Of a DNA stretch of 64,000 bases, positions 18,118 to 27,004 are shown in pieces. This stretch comes from Candidatus Cloacimonadota bacterium. Its GTDB lineage: Bacteria; Cloacimonadota; Cloacimonadia; Cloacimonadales; TCS61. Below the pieces are notes generated by a model. It was not told where the DNA came from, made no database searches, and was given only the letters and a program-made list of their open reading frames with translations. Position numbers and translations under genes: made by a program. Within the stretch, counting starts at the first letter, position 1; each line of letters opens with the position of its first letter. Location: positions 3,698 through 67,697 of the forward strand of contig JAUVLU010000009.1 in the NCBI GenBank assembly GCA_030600585.1. Direction: 5' to 3'.

Positions 18118-19026
18118 ATGAAGATAAAAATAGTAGGAATAATTATGTTGTTAAGTGCTGTGCTTTTTTCAATAGAAGTGGAAGATGCAGATAGAGTTAT
18201 TAATATCGATCGGGCAAAGTTGGAAAGTTATGAGAAAGTCGAGTTAACTACGCACCGTAATAAAGACGGTGAAGAAAAGAATGATGATTGGATCGGTATA
18301 AGACTTACAGATATTTTACATGAGTATGATATTTCCAATTATGATAAATTGTGTTTTATCTCATCCGATAATTATCTTGTCCGGGTTTCCAGAGATGATA
18401 TATTAAATAATAAAAGCATTTTAGCTTTAGTCAGGAATGGCAAGACCCTTGATGATAAGCATATTCGTCTGGTAATTCCAGAAATACGAGATATGTTCTG
18501 GATACAGGACATCAGCATTATTAGAACTGAATCTATCTCCGACATCCCTTTCCCCCACACAATTTATTTTGCAGAACCAATTATACTTAATACACAAATT
18601 AGAGATGAGCTTCCACCTTTTGTAAAAGAGATTGGTTATACTTTCTCTGAAATCGTATCAGAAGCTTTTCCGTTTCTAAAAGATGAAATTCTCATAGTTG
18701 GAAATGATGGAGTGAAACATAGTTTGGATTATGATAAATATCTAAAAAATGCTGTTTTGATAAAAATCGGTGATTCATTTGATTTGAAAAGTCCCGATAT
18801 GCCTGCAGGAATGTGGATCAAAGATCTGGCTTATGTTCAGCTTTTTGATGTGGCAGTTGTTTTCAAACATCATTTTGCATCACTTTCTGAAGTAAATGGT
18901 CTGCTCAATTGGGATAATTTCCCCAATGAAGTGATCCTTCATTTTGGCAAGAATGCAGAAAAACAAAGATCAAATGAAAAATTCAATGCCGGGAATTGGA
19001 GTAAAGCAAAATGGCTGGAATGGTAA
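18118..19026 (+). CDS. Exported protein with two sulfite-oxidase-like (molybdopterin-oxidoreductase-fold-like) modules
   Basis: 302 aa with a signal peptide. Module 1: DDWIGIRLTDILHEY ... IRLVIPEIRDMFWIQDISIIR. Module 2: YTFSEIVSEAF ... DMPAGMWIKDLAYVQL. Confidence 0.5.
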   Translation: MKIKIVGIIMLLSAVLFSIEVEDADRVINIDRAKLESYEKVELTTHRNKDGEEKNDDWIGIRLTDILHEYDISNYDKLCFISSDNYLVRVSRDDILNNKSILALVRNGKTLDDKHIRLVIPEIRDMFWIQDISIIRTESISDIPFPHTIYFAEPIILNTQIRDELPPFVKEIGYTFSEIVSEAFPFLKDEILIVGNDGVKHSLDYDKYLKNAVLIKIGDSFDLKSPDMPAGMWIKDLAYVQLFDVAVVFKHHFASLSEVNGLLNWDNFPNEVILHFGKNAEKQRSNEKFNAGNWSKAKWLEW

Positions 19027-19454
19027 GAAGAGTATTATTTTTCATTTTTGTTCTGCTTATTGCTGCGTGTTCCCAACACAATTTGGCTCTTACCGGAAAC
19101 ATTGAGAATGGAGCTGAATTAAGCAGTGAAGGCAGACTTGATGAAATTCTTAGTGATCTTGCTCCATCTGCAAAATATGCGCTTCTTATTGGTTCTGATG
19201 GAACTGCTGCACTTATTACATCTTGCAGCTTTTCTGAAGTTTACATTCAAAAAATTGAAAATGAATGGAGTTCCAAAACAGAAAATTTACCCGCAGTCTG
19301 TAATATCCGCAATTTGAAAGAAATCTGCATTTACACAAAAACTTCAAGCAATAACAATCATTTCTCAGATAGAATGAATGATTTCATATTTTTAGGACAA
19401 AGCAGTAAGAATGGATATTACGCCAGAAAATATAAAGAACGAACCGGAGAATAA
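19011..19454 (+). CDS. Lipoprotein with one related module
   Basis: 147 aa. Lipobox VLLIAAC-SQ. Contains GRLDEILSDLAP ... LLIGSDGTAALI ... CNIRNLKEICIY. Overlaps the upstream gene by 16 nt. Confidence 0.5.
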   Translation: MAGMVRRVLFFIFVLLIAACSQHNLALTGNIENGAELSSEGRLDEILSDLAPSAKYALLIGSDGTAALITSCSFSEVYIQKIENEWSSKTENLPAVCNIRNLKEICIYTKTSSNNNHFSDRMNDFIFLGQSSKNGYYARKYKERTGE

Positions 19455-19456
19455 TT

Positions 19457-19885
19457 ATGAAAAAGATTTTATTAATTCTAACTATTCTGATAATCATTCT
19501 TCTTGCACTTATCATTTATCAAAAAAGTAACGTGAAAGATGAAGACGGAATCAAAATAACTTATAAAGATACTGAAACAATACTTACTTTTTCTAAAATT
19601 CGTTCGTATGATGAAGTAAGTTTTTCTACAAATCGTGATGATAAATTCAATGGTTACGATTTTTCAGATATTCTTAAATTATTAAAGATTCCCACAAATA
19701 ATGAAACTAAATATATTCTTCACTCCAAAGATGGCGGCACTCTTAATTTAACTAAAAAGGAGAATGAGACCCTTTATCTTGTATTTCAGGAAGATGTTAC
19801 CGGTCAGTTCATACGGCTGGTAATTCCAAGCGATGAATTCAGTCAACGCTGGATAAAATACCTTACAGCAATTGAAATAAAATAA
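19457..19885 (+). CDS. Membrane-anchored protein with one related module
   Basis: 142 aa with N-terminal anchor MKKILLILTILIIILLALIIY. Contains FNGYDFSDILKLLKI ... IRLVIPSDEFSQRWIKYLTAIEI. Confidence 0.5.
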   Translation: MKKILLILTILIIILLALIIYQKSNVKDEDGIKITYKDTETILTFSKIRSYDEVSFSTNRDDKFNGYDFSDILKLLKIPTNNETKYILHSKDGGTLNLTKKENETLYLVFQEDVTGQFIRLVIPSDEFSQRWIKYLTAIEIK

Positions 19886-20547
19886 TGCTAAAATTAAAAA
19901 ATATCTCTTTTCGCTATAATGCATCTTCACCTTTACTCATAAATAACTTTTCATTTAGTGCAGAAAAAGGAGATATAATTGCTGTTCGCGGTGACAGCGG
20001 AACCGGTAAAACCACACTCTTGAATATAATATGCAGTGTAATTCCAAAAGTGTTTATCGGAGATCTGTCAGGGAGCATATTGCATAATAATGTAGATATT
20101 TCCGAGTTATCTCTTCCTGAAGTAGCTCCCCTGATAAGTTTATTGATGCAGCATCCCGACAACCAGCTTTTCTTTCCCACAGTTGAACAGGAACTTGCTT
20201 TTGCACCGGAAAATCTAAAAGTTCCAACTAATAATATTATAAAACGAATTGATGAAGTCCTTTGCAGATTGAATATTGAAAGCCTGCAATTTAAAGAGAC
20301 AACTACACTCTCGTTTGGACAAAAAAAACTGGTTACACTTGCATCTATCATCACACTATCACCTGAAATATATTTGCTGGATGAACCATTTGCCGGGCTT
20401 TCTAAAGAATATATCAAAATAATTTCAAATGAGATCAAAACGCAAGCTGGGAATGGAAGAATAATATTTCTTGCAGGGCATTCTGATGATATTGATCAAT
20501 TTGCCGATAAAACAATTGAAATGGGAAATCTAAATGAAAAGCATTAA
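19885..20547 (+). CDS. ABC ATPase (EcfA-like, short form)
   Basis: 220 aa. Walker A GDSGTGKTT, signature LSFGQKK, Walker B YLLDEP. TAATG overlap with the upstream gene. Confidence 0.8.
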   Translation: MLKLKNISFRYNASSPLLINNFSFSAEKGDIIAVRGDSGTGKTTLLNIICSVIPKVFIGDLSGSILHNNVDISELSLPEVAPLISLLMQHPDNQLFFPTVEQELAFAPENLKVPTNNIIKRIDEVLCRLNIESLQFKETTTLSFGQKKLVTLASIITLSPEIYLLDEPFAGLSKEYIKIISNEIKTQAGNGRIIFLAGHSDDIDQFADKTIEMGNLNEKH

Positions 20548-21205
20548 AATAGAAGACCTGTCATTTGCTTATCGACCCGAAATCCCCATTTTTACAGATG
20601 CTTCACTTGAACTTCCATTTAATGAAATTACATTTATTAAAGGCGCAAACGGTTCAGGGAAGACGACATTTTGCCGCATTCTCAGTGGTTTGGAAAAGAG
20701 ATATACCGGTTTAATTCATATTAATGGTCTGGATATTAAATCTGTTTCTTTTACCGAACGTGCAAAATCTATTATATATCTCAAACAGGAACCACTTTCA
20801 AATGTTGTTGCAGCAACTCCCGATGAGGATCTTACTTTATGGCAGCAAGGTTTTAATGAAAATTTTGATGAATCATCATCTCAACTCAGGAAAAGAGTTA
20901 TGGATAAATTAAAGATCAACCACCTGAGAGATAAGCCGTTCTGGGAATTGAGCGGCGGACAAATAAAGCGGATCGGATTAGCCGCACTTCTCTTAAACTA
21001 TGATAAATATTGGATTCTGGATGAGCCAATAGCCGGACTCGATAATACACTTGCCCGAATATTTATAGAAATATTAGAAGAAAGAAAAGCACTTGGCAAA
21101 GGTTGTCTTATCATATCCCATAAAGAAAATAAGTTCATGAATGTTATTGATAAATATTATTTGATAGAAAACAAAATATTTGAAAGAATTATGAGGAAAA
21201 TTTGA
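20534..21205 (+). CDS. ABC ATPase (EcfA'-like, short form)
   Basis: 223 aa. Walker A GANGSGKTT, signature LSGGQIKR, Walker B WILDEP, H-loop ISHK. Confidence 0.8.
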   Translation: MKSIKIEDLSFAYRPEIPIFTDASLELPFNEITFIKGANGSGKTTFCRILSGLEKRYTGLIHINGLDIKSVSFTERAKSIIYLKQEPLSNVVAATPDEDLTLWQQGFNENFDESSSQLRKRVMDKLKINHLRDKPFWELSGGQIKRIGLAALLLNYDKYWILDEPIAGLDNTLARIFIEILEERKALGKGCLIISHKENKFMNVIDKYYLIENKIFERIMRKI

Positions 21206-23088
21206 AAAATTATAATATCCTAATTTTATTACTCACATTTACAAACTTATTATTTGCATCTGATATCGATACACTTAAAACTAAAATGCGGCATTACAAT
21301 TTAGATGGTATCAGAGTGATAGCCGAAAGACCGCAAGAAACTATTGGAGCAATTGAAATATTAGAGTTTGATCCGATACTGTCACTTCCCGAAACAAATA
21401 TTGCAGAATCAGTTGAAAGAGTAAATGGATTATATGTTTCTACAGGTGGAAAATCTGGCAGTACTCTGCGTATCAGAGGATTTGATAATGATCAGATAAA
21501 GATAATGCTCGACGGCAGACCCCTTGGCGGTGGATACTTCGGTAATGTAGATCTTAACACGATTCCTGTTTCTGATATTAAAGAGATCAGAATTCTCAAA
21601 GGTCCTGTATCTTCTCTTTATGGCTCAGATACAATGGGCGGGGTTATCAATATTATTACAGATTCCCCTTCCAATACATCATGGCTAAAGGCAGGAACTG
21701 AATTCAAAAGAAATAATACAAATAAATCGTATATTTCATCTACCCGCGATCTTGGTGAATGGGATTATTGGCTGTATGCATCTCATTATCATACTGATGG
21801 TTTTATGCTGCCTAACAGTTTTGAACCCATCGCTACAGAAAATGGAGGCGAGAGAGATAATTGTAAAAGAGATCAATGGGACATGCAATCAAAACTTAAT
21901 TTCACATTATTTGATTTTCATTCGATCGGATTTCAGGCAGGTTATACATTTATGAACACAAAAGAAATACCTGGAAACATTTATGAAGATCAGATGCGCA
22001 AATTCACAGATTGGAAACGCTACCAGCTTTCAACACTCGGTTCATTCCAATTAAGATATAATCTTACTTCCGATATAAATATATATTACGATAGATACGA
22101 TGATACTTATGCAGAATACAATCCATCTACCGGTGTAATGTATTCACAGTGGCCTTCTAATATAAAAAGTTGGATATTCGGTGCGCATCAGAAATTTGAC
22201 TGGGAAATTACCGACAATATGGATTCATCATTCGGATACCGTTTTGAGAAACAAGCATACATACGAAAAGATAATGGAAACTATCCCGACTGGCTTGGAA
22301 ATGAACAGTTGCAGCATAACTGTTTTTTACAGACAGAATTTACTTATAATTCACTCAATATTACAGCAGGAAGTGGTGTATCGTTTTTCCGTCAAGATGG
22401 CAGAGATAATTGGCTGATTCATTTTGAACCATCCGCCGGAATCTACTATAAAAATTCACTTAACTGGAAATCTTCACTCGCCTTTTCTGCTAATACAAAA
22501 TACCCGACCCTGCATCAATTATTCAGCAAGATCAGCGGAAATAGCAAACTTATCGAAGAGCGTGCTCAGAAAGGAGAATTCAACATAATTGTTCCATATT
22601 CATTTGGGACTTTTTCGGGTTCTATTCAACAATCTGTCTTTTATAATCACATAACCGGATTAATTAAAAAAATTAGTGGGAAATACGTAAACATCGATCA
22701 GATCGACTCATACGGTTATGAAGTTTCTTCAAAAATATATTTTGGATGGGAACATCAAGTTGATTACTCATATATTAAATATACCGATGACAGTAATACC
22801 GAATTATTAGAAACTCCAAGTCATGCAGTAAACTTCACAGAACGAGTTGAACTCCCATACTCAATAAAAATGGAATATAACGCTTCATGGAATGATGTTC
22901 GACATACCATAGAAAATGTTGATCTTCCACCTTACTGGCTTCACTCAATTTATTTTAATAGAAAAATAAGTAGATATAAGATCATGTTTGGCGTTGAAAA
23001 TATTTTCGATTTGAATTATGAAGAAGAATACGGCTACCCCGGAGAAGGGATAAACTTTGTATTGAGTCTGGAAGGCGAATTCTTTTAA
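21202..23088 (+). CDS. TonB-dependent outer-membrane receptor
   Basis: 628 aa, TTG start with GAGGA upstream, and a signal peptide. Plug motifs: STLRIRGFDNDQIKIMLDGRPL, ILKGPVSSLYGSDTMGGVINIIT. A barrel follows, ending ...LSLEGEFF. Confidence 0.85.
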   Translation: MKNYNILILLLTFTNLLFASDIDTLKTKMRHYNLDGIRVIAERPQETIGAIEILEFDPILSLPETNIAESVERVNGLYVSTGGKSGSTLRIRGFDNDQIKIMLDGRPLGGGYFGNVDLNTIPVSDIKEIRILKGPVSSLYGSDTMGGVINIITDSPSNTSWLKAGTEFKRNNTNKSYISSTRDLGEWDYWLYASHYHTDGFMLPNSFEPIATENGGERDNCKRDQWDMQSKLNFTLFDFHSIGFQAGYTFMNTKEIPGNIYEDQMRKFTDWKRYQLSTLGSFQLRYNLTSDINIYYDRYDDTYAEYNPSTGVMYSQWPSNIKSWIFGAHQKFDWEITDNMDSSFGYRFEKQAYIRKDNGNYPDWLGNEQLQHNCFLQTEFTYNSLNITAGSGVSFFRQDGRDNWLIHFEPSAGIYYKNSLNWKSSLAFSANTKYPTLHQLFSKISGNSKLIEERAQKGEFNIIVPYSFGTFSGSIQQSVFYNHITGLIKKISGKYVNIDQIDSYGYEVSSKIYFGWEHQVDYSYIKYTDDSNTELLETPSHAVNFTERVELPYSIKMEYNASWNDVRHTIENVDLPPYWLHSIYFNRKISRYKIMFGVENIFDLNYEEEYGYPGEGINFVLSLEGEFF

Positions 23089-23135
23089 TGAATAAACAGA
23101 AATGAAATTGAAAAAAGAGAATATAAAAAAATGGG

Positions 23136-23180
23136 AGAGGCTTACCTCACCTCAATCCTCTCCTTCAAGGAGAGTAAGCC
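23136..23180. repeat. Nested hairpin repeat element
   Basis: ggcttacctcacctcaatcctctccttcaaggagagtaagcc has the outer stem ggcttac/gtaagcc and the inner perfect hairpin ctctcctt-c-aaggagag. A related, interrupted copy lies at 58572-58636. Confidence 0.8.
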
Positions 23181-23215
23181 AGAACTCATTATATTAAAAA
23201 TAATGGAGGTAAAAT

Positions 23216-23470
23216 ATGGTAAAATTATTTTTGATAATACCAATAATTTTATTAGTATTATTTCTAAGATTTTGTATTGTTTCGATCAAGAAACAATGGA
23301 TTGATAAACAATCTATTTCTACAGGTGATCAATTTACCGGAAAGAATATTTTGAAACAATTTAAAGATAGTGATGGGAAAGCTGCTATTGAACATATTAT
23401 TTATATGGAAGTAGAGGAATCTGAAGAAAAGACTCAAGAGAAATTAGATTTAAAAAATAATGAAAAATAA
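23216..23470 (+). CDS. Small single-pass membrane protein with an acidic tail
   Basis: 84 aa, GGAGG 6 nt upstream, one N-terminal TM helix. No family recognised. Confidence 0.45.
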   Translation: MVKLFLIIPIILLVLFLRFCIVSIKKQWIDKQSISTGDQFTGKNILKQFKDSDGKAAIEHIIYMEVEESEEKTQEKLDLKNNEK

Positions 23471-24245
23471 CTATAAATTAAAAAAAGAGAATATAGAAAA
23501 AGGCAATAAGGGTTCATCCATGCTGTTGAACCTGCGTACAATTATTGTTATTGTCTCTGCAACTACAACCATATCTGTAATTCATAATACCATTCTAACG
23601 CAAGTTTTATTGCTAATGTTCTCAATCTTTCTATTACTTGTTATTCAACCTTCAAAACATAGATTTTATCGACTCATGCATAGAATGAAAATAATTTTAA
23701 AAATCATTGTTACACTGATGATATTTCAGATACTGTTCAGACATGGTGGAGAAACTATCTGGCAATTTGGAATTATAAAGATCACAAGTGTAGGTTTGAA
23801 TTATGGAGTCTCCTCTTCCCTGCGTCTTATGTTGATCGTTCTCATTGCCGGTCTGCTTTTGGATATTCCGTATTATGATTATATTCTTGCATTTCGTAGT
23901 TGGAAGATCCCGTATGAAATTTCGTTTCTGGTCGCTTCGACTATTCATTTTATCCCGATTTTCCAAAAGCAGTTCACGACAAGTAGAGAAGCTCTTTATC
24001 TACGCGGGATCGAGATCTCTAAATCTCCATTAATAAAGCGTTTTAAAATTTATTCGGCTCTCGTATTTCCGGTTATTGCCAGAGCGATCTCAGAAGTTAA
24101 GTATCGTTCCATTTCATTGGAACTTCGAGCTTTTAGATTATATCCGGAAAGAACATTCTTATATCAGAAAAAATTAAAGTGGTACGATATAGTTATTCAA
24201 ATTAGTGTTTGCATTATATTTGGAGCAATTGTTATATTTATATAA
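23460..24245 (+). CDS. ECF-transporter T component (EcfT/CbiQ family)
   Basis: 261 aa with about 5 TM helices and a coupling-helix region (FTTSREALYLRGIEISKSP, ARAISEVKYRSISLELRAF). Overlaps the upstream ORF by 11 nt. Confidence 0.65.
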   Translation: MKNNYKLKKENIEKGNKGSSMLLNLRTIIVIVSATTTISVIHNTILTQVLLLMFSIFLLLVIQPSKHRFYRLMHRMKIILKIIVTLMIFQILFRHGGETIWQFGIIKITSVGLNYGVSSSLRLMLIVLIAGLLLDIPYYDYILAFRSWKIPYEISFLVASTIHFIPIFQKQFTTSREALYLRGIEISKSPLIKRFKIYSALVFPVIARAISEVKYRSISLELRAFRLYPERTFLYQKKLKWYDIVIQISVCIIFGAIVIFI

Positions 24246-24358
24246 TTTTATTTAAATAAATTAAAATCAATTTAAATAATTTTTTTAATTTGACAAACAA
24301 ATATCTATTACTTTTTTAATAAATCTGTATTTTAAAATATTTTGTTTATGGAGCAAAT

Positions 24359-25465
24359 ATGAAAAAAACATTGATTTTTCTTTTCATTTTCTCCTCTTGT
24401 TTCTTATTCTCTCAAGAGGTTTTACTGAATGTTTCAGATAAACCTAATGACGATGGCTCGGCACAGATAATATCATGGGATACATCACAAATCGATGCAT
24501 CAAATATCATCATAGAGAGAGAAACACAAGATGGAGAATTTATCACAGTAACAAGATCGGAAGAACAGACAGGAACCTTTGAAGATGGTACAAATATCAA
24601 ACATGGAATTGAATATACATACAGATTAACAGCTTTTGATGACAATGGTGAGATCGTTCAAATTATAAAAACCTTTTCAGAATCATCTGCTCAATGGTTT
24701 AATAAAGATAAAATATCTCTGCTAATCTTAGCAATACTAATGATAACATCAATAATATACTACATTTTCTCTGCGAGAAGCGGAAAGAATCTCTACATAA
24801 GAAAGATCGGTGGTTTGGAATCTATTGATGAATCTGTAGGTCGTGCAACCGAAATGGGAAGACCTATCCTCTTCATTCCCGGCACATTGGATCTTGATGA
24901 TATGCAAACAATTGCCGGATTAACTCTACTCCGGAGATTAGCTCAGAAAGCTGCTGAATATGGTGCAAGACTCATCGTTCCGGTATGTCGTTCCATGGTA
25001 CTTTCTACAGCAAAAGAAGTTGTAAAAGAAGCCTATATGAAAGCAGGTTGTCCTGATGCGTATGATCCGGATTCCGTATTTTACCTTACCGATGATCAAT
25101 TTGGTTATGTAGCAGGAGTCGATGGTATAATCGTACGTGAAAAACCGGCAGCAAATTTCTTTCTGGGTGCTTTCTATGCAGAATCTCTCATTCTGGCAGA
25201 GACAGGATTTGCCAGCGGTGCTATTCAAACTGCAGGAACTGCGATGCCGAGTCAACTGCCGTTTTTTGTTGTTGCCTGTGATTATACTCTGATAGGTGAA
25301 GAATTATTTGCTGCTTCAGCTTATCTATCAAAAGATCCTCATCAACTTGGAAGCCTGAAGGGACAGGATTTCGGTAAAGCAATTTTCGTTATTGTCCTTA
25401 CAATTGGAATAATCCTGGAAATTTCGGGCATTCACTTCCTAAAAGATTTCTTAACATTGCATTAA
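24359..25465 (+). CDS. Unknown membrane protein P1 (signal peptide, FN3-like ectodomain, TM, ~200-aa domain, C-terminal TM)
   Basis: 368 aa. The FN3-like stretch is AQIISWDTSQ...GIEYTYRLTAFDDNGE, with TM helices near aa 118-138 and 340-360. No family recognised. Confidence 0.6.
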   Translation: MKKTLIFLFIFSSCFLFSQEVLLNVSDKPNDDGSAQIISWDTSQIDASNIIIERETQDGEFITVTRSEEQTGTFEDGTNIKHGIEYTYRLTAFDDNGEIVQIIKTFSESSAQWFNKDKISLLILAILMITSIIYYIFSARSGKNLYIRKIGGLESIDESVGRATEMGRPILFIPGTLDLDDMQTIAGLTLLRRLAQKAAEYGARLIVPVCRSMVLSTAKEVVKEAYMKAGCPDAYDPDSVFYLTDDQFGYVAGVDGIIVREKPAANFFLGAFYAESLILAETGFASGAIQTAGTAMPSQLPFFVVACDYTLIGEELFAASAYLSKDPHQLGSLKGQDFGKAIFVIVLTIGIILEISGIHFLKDFLTLH

Positions 25466-25475
25466 GGAGCAAAAC

Positions 25476-26171
25476 ATGAAAAGAAAGATACCATTATTAA
25501 TAACATTTACAGTTGGAATTATTCTAATTATTTCAGAATTCATACCTCATAAACCATTTGGACAGCTTTCAGGCGAGCTTGAGATATGGTTCCTGATAAT
25601 TTCGGGATTTGCCATTCTGCTTGGTCAATTGAGTTTATTTAAAGTAAATATATTTAAGATCCGATTCAAACAACATGACTGGCAATTTTATGTAATTACA
25701 CTCATTAGTTTTGTAATTATGGTTACTCTTGGTTTTTTATGGGGAACCGGAAAGAGTGCCGGGATGTTAGGACATGGAGAATCTATCTCTGCTGCAATGG
25801 GTTATAAACCATTTGATTATCTATTTCATAATATTTACCAACATCTGCAGGCAACGATGTTCTCTTTGTTAGCTTTTTTTATTGCTTCTGCAGCATACAG
25901 AGCATTTATCGGCAGAACAGTGGAATCAAATCTTCTGTTAGCATCAGCGGTTCTTGTTATGCTTGGAAATACAACTTTTGGAAGTCTTCTAACCGGTTGG
26001 TTACCGAATTCATTGAACTTTCTCCATCTTCCAAAAATATCTGAATTTATTATGACCTTCCCCACAACTGCCGGACAGCGTGCCATTATGATCGGTGCCG
26101 GTCTGGGAATTATTGGAAGTTCCCTCAGGATCATTCTGGGAATTGAAAGATCCTATCTCGGAGGTGAATAA
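25476..26171 (+). CDS. Unknown polytopic membrane protein P2
   Basis: 231 aa with about 5-6 TM helices. C-terminal motif: TTAGQRAIMIGAGLGIIGSSLRIILG. Confidence 0.6.
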   Translation: MKRKIPLLITFTVGIILIISEFIPHKPFGQLSGELEIWFLIISGFAILLGQLSLFKVNIFKIRFKQHDWQFYVITLISFVIMVTLGFLWGTGKSAGMLGHGESISAAMGYKPFDYLFHNIYQHLQATMFSLLAFFIASAAYRAFIGRTVESNLLLASAVLVMLGNTTFGSLLTGWLPNSLNFLHLPKISEFIMTFPTTAGQRAIMIGAGLGIIGSSLRIILGIERSYLGGE

Positions 26172-27004
26172 TGGGTAAGGCAAAACAAATAGATAGAAGA
26201 TGGATATTTCTATTAATATTCATCGGTGTTGCACTTCCTCTTATCTTTACTATCGGGCTTCCTTTGGAAACTACAAAAAATGTTCAGATGGTTTATGATA
26301 TGGTAGAAAGTATGCCCAAAGGTTCTAAAGCTCTTATCTCGTTTGATTATGATCCTGCCAGTATGCCGGAATTACATCCTATGGCAAAAGCTCTTCTTAA
26401 GCATTGTTTCGATAAAGATATCAATTTGATCTTTACTGCAATGTGGCCGATGGGTGTTCAAATGGCTGAAGATATTATGGCTCAATTACAAGATGACTAT
26501 CCCGATTTAAAATATGGTGAAGATTATGTGAACCTTGGATTTAAGGCAGGTGGAATGGTTACGATACAATCAATGGGAAAAAATTTCCGTGAGATATTCC
26601 CAAAAGATATGAATGGAAATGATATCGATGAACTTCCAATAATGGATGGAATAAATAATTTCAATAATATTGGTTTTATTTTCTCACTTTCTGCAGGCGC
26701 CCCGGGAATAAAAGAATGGGTACAAATAGCTCATGATGCTTATGGAAGACCAACCTCCGGCGGATGCACCGGCGTAAGTGCTCCGGCAATGTTGCCTTAT
26801 GTAAATGAACAGCAGCAGTTAACAGGACTTCTTGCAGGACTTAAGGCAGCAGCCGAATATGAGATTTTAATAAAAACACCTGGAACTGCAATCAGCGGAA
26901 TGGATGCTCAATCCATAGCACATTTAATAATCATAATTTTTATTGCTATTGGAAATATAAATTACTGGCGTAATAAAAAAGCTGAAAAAAAGGGAGGTAA
27001 ATAA
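26171..27004 (+). CDS. Unknown bitopic membrane protein P3 (TM, ~220-aa soluble domain, TM)
   Basis: 277 aa. TAATG overlap with P2. N-terminal TM WIFLLIFIGVALPLIF and C-terminal TM IAHLIIIIFIAIGNI. Confidence 0.6.
   Translation: MGKAKQIDRRWIFLLIFIGVALPLIFTIGLPLETTKNVQMVYDMVESMPKGSKALISFDYDPASMPELHPMAKALLKHCFDKDINLIFTAMWPMGVQMAEDIMAQLQDDYPDLKYGEDYVNLGFKAGGMVTIQSMGKNFREIFPKDMNGNDIDELPIMDGINNFNNIGFIFSLSAGAPGIKEWVQIAHDAYGRPTSGGCTGVSAPAMLPYVNEQQQLTGLLAGLKAAAEYEILIKTPGTAISGMDAQSIAHLIIIIFIAIGNINYWRNKKAEKKGGK

Noticed and set aside
19914-20438. 174-aa antisense ORF inside the first ABC ATPase gene. Similar embedded ORFs include 8958..9311, 11618..11959, 29779..30150 and 51503..52033.
   Set aside because: Each lies wholly within, or opposite, a gene with strong motif support, and none has recognisable motifs or an SD. 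In AT-rich genomes, long antisense ORFs arise by chance opposite real genes.
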